64,000 nt of DNA from the NCBI GenBank assembly GCA_051362555.1, contig CM120649.1, positions 19,606,567 through 19,670,566 of the forward strand, written 5' to 3'. Shown here in pieces: positions 57,101 to 64,000 of the stretch. Both the position numbers and the translations under genes were made by a program. Within the stretch, counting starts at the first letter, position 1. Every line of letters starts with the position of its first letter. The DNA is from Lingula anatina (Eukaryota; Animalia; Brachiopoda). A model generated the notes under the pieces. The model did no database searches and was not told the origin of the DNA. It saw only the letters and a program-made list of their open reading frames with translations.

Positions 57101-60100
57101 CTGAACAATTGCACAAGATTTGCATCAGGCACAATGGCCGCTTTGTTTGGAGGCACAAGACCACTTAAATCAGATGTGAGGGAGTGTTCAGCTGCCAGAG
57201 GTTTCAGCTCGCCAGAGACAATGCCTTCTTTAACAGAAGGAATCCCAGGATCAAAAGAAGAGTCTACACTTGGATAAAAACCCTTTTTTAAAAAGGGGAA
57301 AGACGTGGACTGTGTTCTGGACATTTCCATCTGGGCATGATACACGTCATAGCTCCTGCTGTGCTGAGAGTCATCACGACCTTGACCTTGGCCTTGACCT
57401 CTGGTCAGATCCATACCACCAGAGTCCACAGAAGGGGTGATGGGGTAATAGCTGAGACTGCTGCTGTCCACTACCTCTCTTTCTTCCAAGGCAGACCTGC
57501 CTCCAATTGTGGGAGAAAAGGAGGGTCTAAGGCCAGACTGGTGGTACTGTGGGAGAGAGGGCATGACTCCAGCACCTCCATATGCCCCAACCATGGCAGG
57601 TTCAGTGTCAGAGGACACGCCTCCAGTGGGAGCCACAGTGGCAGGAACGGCACCGTTTTCTGTTCTTGGAAAGTCCCCCCACCGTCCCCATGTCTCACTG
57701 TACCCTCCCCCTTGTTCTGGTCCACTATACTGTGGGTAATGAGGAGAGTCAGGCAGTGCTGGTTCTGAACCAAGTCTGCCTTGTGGGGCACCATACGTCC
57801 CACTGCCCACAGAATTACCATACGGAAACTGTGGCAAGCCAGGCTGTACTTGTAGGCCACCACTGTATTTATCATCATACTGTGCATGTGCGACATCAGC
57901 TCCTTGTGGACTGCCATGTTTGTCCCTATACTGGGAATACGACACATCGGCTGCAGAGGGCTTGTGAACACCGCTTACAAACTGTTTGTAACTGTCTAAT
58001 TCATAGTTAGGAGATGCGCCTGGGAAAGGCTGTTGGTGATAGAGCCTATTATCAGCCCCCTCAATTTCCCTTCTATTCACACCAAATTTTGATCCTTCTG
58101 AACCTGGGGACTGGTCTGTCTTGGCTGGTGTCACATCCTGCCCCCTAGTGTACTGTTGTGACAGTGTGCTGAGAGAGCCAGGTGAGGAGTCAGGTTTCAG
58201 GGGGGCCAGGGTGTTGTAACTTTCGTCTTGTCTGTGAAACTCTTGTTGTGGGTCAGTCAGAAGATTTTCTTCACTGCTCACAGGTCCTGGAACAGAAACA
58301 AATGCTCAATCTGTTGAAAATCAGTTTTTATGCCAATAGCTTTCACTTTGCATGTTTTTGAAAATCAACAGGAGGGGCACACTTGAAATGAGAACAAGTT
58401 CCTTTCTTTGGGGTTGAAGTTTGTATAAACTGTGCATCAAAATCTCATTGAAAAAATGGACAAAGACCTCCAAGAAAATAATTGTCAATACCCAATACTG
58501 ACAATTGCTCTTTAATGTTTGTCTAAATGAGCATGACCCCTTTTCATCAATAACTAGGTATCTCTAGAATTATGTATGTAATAAAACCTGTAGAAATGTA
58601 AAAATGTACCTGTAGAAATGGTGTTCTCATTGCTGGACACTGACCCTGGCCGTCCACTATGGTCTACTCCCCTGGTCACACCCTGGGGGTGCTCTGGCAC
58701 CTGAGGCTGTTAACAAAGTCCATCTATTAATACTTATTGGAAGATGGTTCAACAATTACTGTAAACATTGTATTTTTTTACACTTTCTTGACTTATCATT
58801 TTCAGACACTCACAACAATATACAATCTTACACAGATTCAAATAACTTTTCAGAAATATCTTCAGTGGAGAAAATTAATTTAAGTTTTTTTTTTAATAAG
58901 AGCAATTACTGCATGCCAAATATTAAGTAACAAAACATTGGCATAACAACACATGGGTTTGCACAGCATATTACAGCATATACAAGCCATGCACCTACTG
59001 CAATCAAATTATGATTCAGTAGTGTTCTGCTTCAACAGAATTACCCTAGCGTCAGGATACAACAGCACTCCTCTCCCAACATCAGTTGAATACAAAGGCA
59101 GCTCTCCAGCCTCAGCTGGAACTCCATGACTCACTGGAGCCACAGCAGACAGGGCACCTGCACCTTGGGAGAGAAACCTTGGGGGAGCTGGGGGACTTCT
59201 CCCATCGGACTTAGTTACCTGTACCTGGATGGGCTCATCTTGTTGTTGTAAATCAGCGCCTCCTGCTGGTAGACTGCCCCACTGCTGATATTGCCTGTCT
59301 ACAGGACTCTGAGGCCCTGGCATCACTGTGCTGACCCCAGGCACCCACTGACCTTGAGATCTGAAGGGATGACCTTGAGATGTGGGAGGATAACCTTGAG
59401 GGGTCAAAGGTGAGCCCAGGACACTCCCGCTTCCAGACTTCACACTCCTTGGAGTATCCACCTCTTGTATGGTGCTCAACTCGTGAGCCATGGAATCCTC
59501 CGTGAAACCAACCCTCTTCACTACTGGAGGTGGTCCTCTCACTTTGGAATGTCTATACACCTGACCTTCAACTTGACCTTCTGGTGACCTTTCACCTTGG
59601 TCTTCCAGTGACCTTTCACCTTGCAGACTTGACCTCTGCTCAATGCCATAACTGAGTGACCTTTCACCCTGCCCTCCAAGCGTCCTTTCACCAAGCATAC
59701 TAGATCTGTGAACTGGACCCAAACCAGGCCAATCTTCATCTGGGACATGGTCAGGCTGCATGGGCTCTTCAGGTGTCAGCTTCTGTGCACTGTTAGGGAA
59801 AAGACGCTGGTACCTTTCCCTTTGCTGGCGTAGCTGTTCCTCTGACTGCTGCTGGCGGAGTAACACCCTCTCTCTCTCTGCTCTGATGGCCTCCAGCTGT
59901 TGCTTCAGGTGTTCCAGCCTAGGGTTCTGATCACCTTGTCTCCATGTGGGAGAGGGTACTTGCTGTGCCATCTGGCGGCCACTGCTCCACTCTGAGCTGC
60001 TCCCCTCCTCCTCCTCCTCATCTCCTGTCCCCTGTGAGCTGAGAGCTGCCGTCTGGATCAGCTCCCCTGTCTGCCTGTTGTACACAACACCCTGGCCGAA

Positions 60101-63100
60101 CGGCACTGCCTCTGACCTGGGGAGCAGAGAAGGGGGTGGGAGCTGATATCCAGGCTGCCAAGGCATTTGGAGAGGTTGCTGCTGCTGTGGCTCTTCTGGC
60201 TGTCTTGCTTTAAGAAACTGCTGCTGCTGGAGTTTCTCTTGCTCCTGTTTCCTCAACTCCAACAGTCGTTGCTGCTCTTTCAACTGTTGTTGTTGTTGGA
60301 TCAGCTGTTGCTGCTGACGTAATCTTTCCTGCTGGAGCTGGTGTATTTCTTTCTGTTGTTTTGGTGACTGCTCTTCTTGTTGCTGTTGATGTGACACAGG
60401 GACTTGGATATGTTTTTCTTCCATTGGCTGACTCATTACTGGTTGCCTGGTTACAGCAGAAATGGGAGGGATTGAGGCTGAAGACACACTTGGATACTGC
60501 TTTTCAATTGGCTGGCTCACAGGTGGTTGCCTGGTTACAGTAGAAGAGGGAGGGACTTGAGAAGATACCGGAGGCTGCTGACCTTTTCCCTTGGTCTCAA
60601 TATCTCTGAATCCAAGTCCTGCAAATAATCCACACCAGTAAAAAATTTGACATGATGAAATTTGTGAACATAATAGTTCGAGCATCTCTCTAAGGTCTAT
60701 GTCCTCATGTTTTGGTTTTAAAAATAAACCACTTGTGTCATAAACAACCTAGAAAACAAACACCACCATCTGTAACCTGGTGGTCTGTCAACTTGTTTTT
60801 GTTTCACACAAAATTTAGCTTTCTAACACTAACAGAACTCAGTTTCAGGATTTAAAAAAAATTCTTTACTGACAAAACATGGACAAGAAATCACTCAATT
60901 TTGTTCAAATTTAGTTCACCTGGATTCTTCCCCATCAGGGCCTCACGTCTCCTCTCCAGTGCCCCTCTCTGGGCCTCTAACTCAGCCCTGCCCTGCGCAT
61001 GCCTCTCCAACAGCTGCCTCTGATAATCTCTGATCTTTCCCACCTGCTCCTCACTCCTATCAGCATAAAGGGAAGGCAGGTAAGTTGGGGCACTGCTCAG
61101 TCCACTGGTAGGTGGCTGTTTGTCTGACTGTGGCTTTTCCTCCTTGTCTGAAGAGGTCTGGTCTTCGCCAAGTGGTTGATCTGGTTGTGGAAGGCCACCA
61201 GGTGGTTGAAGAGGTTGAGGTGATGGTTGTGCCCCGACATCCCCAGTTGTATCTGTGTACCTGTAAGCTTCATAACCTGCAGGGCTTCTTCTGTCTTCAG
61301 CTCCCTGTGTTTTAGGGTCAGTTGGTGTTGGTTTGGCTGGTGTTGGTTTGGCTGGTGTTGGCTGGGCAGGTGTTGGCTGGGCTGGTGTTGACTGGGCTGG
61401 TGTTGGCTCTGATGAACAAAAAGACAAATTCTCATCTATTACATTGGGCCCACACTCAAGACCAGTTACACTGAACCTAGATCAATTAAATTCTGTACAA
61501 TTTTGTTATTTACTGGCTTTTGTTTCTGCTTTTGGCCAGCCAATTCTCTGTAGTTGTCTTGAAGAACTAAAGACCAAAAACATTCTGGCAATTATCCCAT
61601 CAGTTAAGTACTTAATATAATCAACACCAACTATGAACATAATTTGCAGTTAAACACACTAAGAAAATTCAAATCCCAGCTTATTTATTATTCTTAAAAT
61701 GACAATAAAACTACATATATACCGGTTTCAATTCCTTCTCTCTCCTCCAAGTGTTTTCTTCTATCTTCCAGCTGCTGCTTCCTCTCTTCTATTTCTCTGA
61801 TATACTGCTCCAGTTGCAGTCTTTGTTGCCTGTAAAAATGAAGTGAACATTTCTTCAAATGGACAACTAATTAAAAAGATAGCATTGGGAACATAAAGTA
61901 TCCCCCTTTCTGACGAAAGTTTATATAAAAAGTCTACATTTATTCTCAGTGGATTATTTTACCTCAGATGTTCTTGCTGTTGTGCAGCTTCTTCCTTCAT
62001 TTTTCTGTTGGTCTCGGCTATCAATTCTGTTGGCACTTCCTTATCAGCCATAGGTGGTGCTGTTGCTGGAACCTGGAACAATTTAACATGACAAAGATGC
62101 ACACAAGAAATAACAATGTTTTTTGTTAAACAAAAACCACCTACAGTTTTTTTAGCACACAGAACTGATAAACTGGTGCAAATTAAACATCTCAGGACTA
62201 TTGCTACCTGCTGCTTCGCTTCTACCTCCGCCCTCTGCCGTGCCGCATGTGCACGCATTCTGGCTGCTTCCTCCAGTGGATGACGCAGTGTTTCTGGACT
62301 GCCAGCCAGGATAGGCTCCTCTTGAAATTCAGGAACATCCATATCTGTTTGCTTTGGCACATCCAAGCCACCTACGTCAGTGTGTGGCTGAGGACCAGTG
62401 GCTCCATCTTCAGATGAGTTGCTGGTGATGGTATGCTGGGATAGGGTGGCCGTTGAGGTGACACCTGAGCTAGAGGATTCTGGGGAAAATACACCATTCT
62501 GTTATTTAATACTGTACTTCCACTGTTTTCTTAGGACATGATTTACCAAAGAACTCAAGACAATAGCATATCATCAATCAGATGACAACATCTGATGACA
62601 GAAATGTTGCAACTTGAAATCAATGTGGACAGCTGACATTAAAGCATTACAATATAAAATAGGACAACTGCTGACTTTTGCCTTCAGTTTATATTTTGAC
62701 TTCCAGATATCAGCCAGAGTAAATAACTGACATTTATTCCTAAAGTTCGAAAATATATGTCAACTTTGCCAATATGTTAAATCATCAGTTGCCTGTTGCA
62801 GGAAAGACACCTACCTGATGTCTTCAGAGGTTTTCTGAGTGTCTCAGAGTCTGGTTCTGGCAGGTCTGCTCTGGTCTTCCAGGAGTCCCTCTGACTTTTG
62901 ATCTTTTCCATCAGCTTTTTCAACATGCTTTCTGAATATGGAGAAAAAGAAAGGTTCAAAAGATCAACATGCATTAAAGATTATGCCCCATCTTTCCAGT
63001 GTTCTCAAGGATATCCAAGCTGAAGAAGATGACTGTCTTTTACAGACAGTTTGTAATGGGTTATTCATGCAAGGTATTTTCAATGCACAAAGAACTAAAA

Positions 63101-63314
63101 CATCAGCAGTATGTTTCTGTCCAGCAGGTTTATCTAACGAAAAGCAGAAATCGTTCTTTTTATTAACATTTATTTTTTTCCCTTCTTATTTATAATAAGC
63201 ACAAAGTTAAGGCGCCTACATGTCATTTTCATAAACATCAAAACTGAACTAACAGACATGAGGGAAAATGTAGGCAAAGATAGACCCCCCCCCCAAAAAA
63301 AAAAAAAAAAAAAA

Positions 63315-63345
<31 letters not shown>

Positions 63346-63834
63346 ATATACTAAAATAAAATGACGACATAGCTGGGATAACGCTAACACTCGCCAATTT
63401 AGCCAAATGCTAAAATTGACTTAAATTGGCTAAAGAAAAAGGGCTTGATTTGACATGTTTTAGCCAAATTATAACCATTTTGGTAACAAAATGACAAAAA
63501 TGTGGTGATTTGGCTAAGCGAAAAAAAATTGTTAGCGCTACCCCAGCATAGTTATTACCATTTTTCTGATCCCGACTCATTTTTTCTGCTAGAGGGACAT
63601 TGGTGACATCTTGTAGAGCAGGTACCCTGGAAGCAGCAGCCTGTGGCCTGGGGTAAGACTGTGGAGGAGTGACCCTGGACCTGGGGTAGGCCTCGGGGCC
63701 TGTCTGAGTAGGCTGCAGTCTGGGGTAGGTCTTGGGTCCTTCTTCCACCTCTGATAAATCCAGGCTGGCAGTGGTGGAGGGGGTGTCAGGTGGGGGGTGG
63801 GGGTCCAGAGCCAAGGTCACGTCCCCTGTGTAGT
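54150..63834 (-). CDS. CEP295: CEP295-like (KIAA1731/Ana1) centrosomal protein with C-terminal ALMS motif, 3' part; 5' end lies beyond the right edge
   Basis: Approximate exons 63834-63559, 62931-62815, 62479-62208, 62072-61963, 61829-61723, 61408-60920, 60618-59045, 58706-58610, 58286-55900, about 55788-55483, 55207-55004, 54690-54567, 54423-54324 and 54200-54150. ALMS motif SLQEAFARKRPDF..KSKERL ... RLYEGLEEVKQKKAEKE...NRQRAKEFQKKTLAKIR, plus CEP295-type blocks IRDYQRQLL, HELSTIQEVDTP and GISEEPDLTLVS. Confidence 0.8.
61320..61408 (-). repeat. Coding 15-bp minisatellite (PTPAQ/PTPAK, about 6 units) in CEP295
   Basis: GGCTGGTGTTGG repeats translate to PTPAQSTPAQPTPAQPTPAKPTPAKPTP. Confidence 0.85.
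63373..63546. mobile_element. MITE with 5-bp TSD in a CEP295 intron
   Basis: CTGGGATAACGCTAACA ... TGTTAGCGCTACCCCAG flanked by CATAG (63368-63372, 63547-63551); internal TTAGCCAA/TTGGCTAA repeats. Confidence 0.75.
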
Positions 63835-63869
63835 CTGCAAATATGTAATGTCAAAATAAGTCAAGTCTA

Positions 63870-64000
63870 AGACCCCATTCCCACAGATTTTAGATCGATC
63901 TTACCCTGTGGGGAGTTTCACTAGATAACTGTCAGCTTAGCCGGCTTAAATGTCTGTCCCGCCTACTAAAAGCTGTAAGGGGGTAATTAACTACCGTGTG
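63870..64000. mobile_element. Another copy of the AGACCCCATTCCCA palindromic element, cut by the window edge
   Basis: Nearly identical to 40682-40810. Confidence 0.8.

Noticed and set aside
55914-58010. Several plus-strand ORFs antisense to the long CEP295 exon
   Set aside because: Shadow ORFs of a long coding exon.

Overview
AT-rich, intron-containing metazoan (probably invertebrate) genomic DNA, not prokaryotic. Gene models were assembled by hand from splice signals and reading frames. Left to right: (1) the 5' four coding exons of a beta-1,4-galactosyl/GalNAc-transferase (GT7 family, minus strand, runs off the left edge); (2) a complete RBMX/hnRNP G orthologue (minus, about 579 aa) with candidate unproductive splicing features; (3) three intact tandem paralogues (about 9 kb period, plus strand) of a secreted protein of about 485 aa with the architecture signal peptide - WSC-like domain - atypical C-type-lectin-like domain - VWD, whose WSC-like exon is much more variable than the rest; (4) a decayed pogo-like TIR element carrying an OTU-protease-like remnant; (5) a secreted coiled-coil + fibrinogen-domain (FReD) gene; (6) the 3' part of a CEP295-like ALMS-motif gene (minus, runs off the right edge). 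There are also many MITEs, RTE LINE fragments and mini/microsatellites. The best candidate for an undescribed system is the diversified WSC-CTLD-VWD triplet beside the FReD gene. Domain names come from motif recognition by eye; no database search was run.
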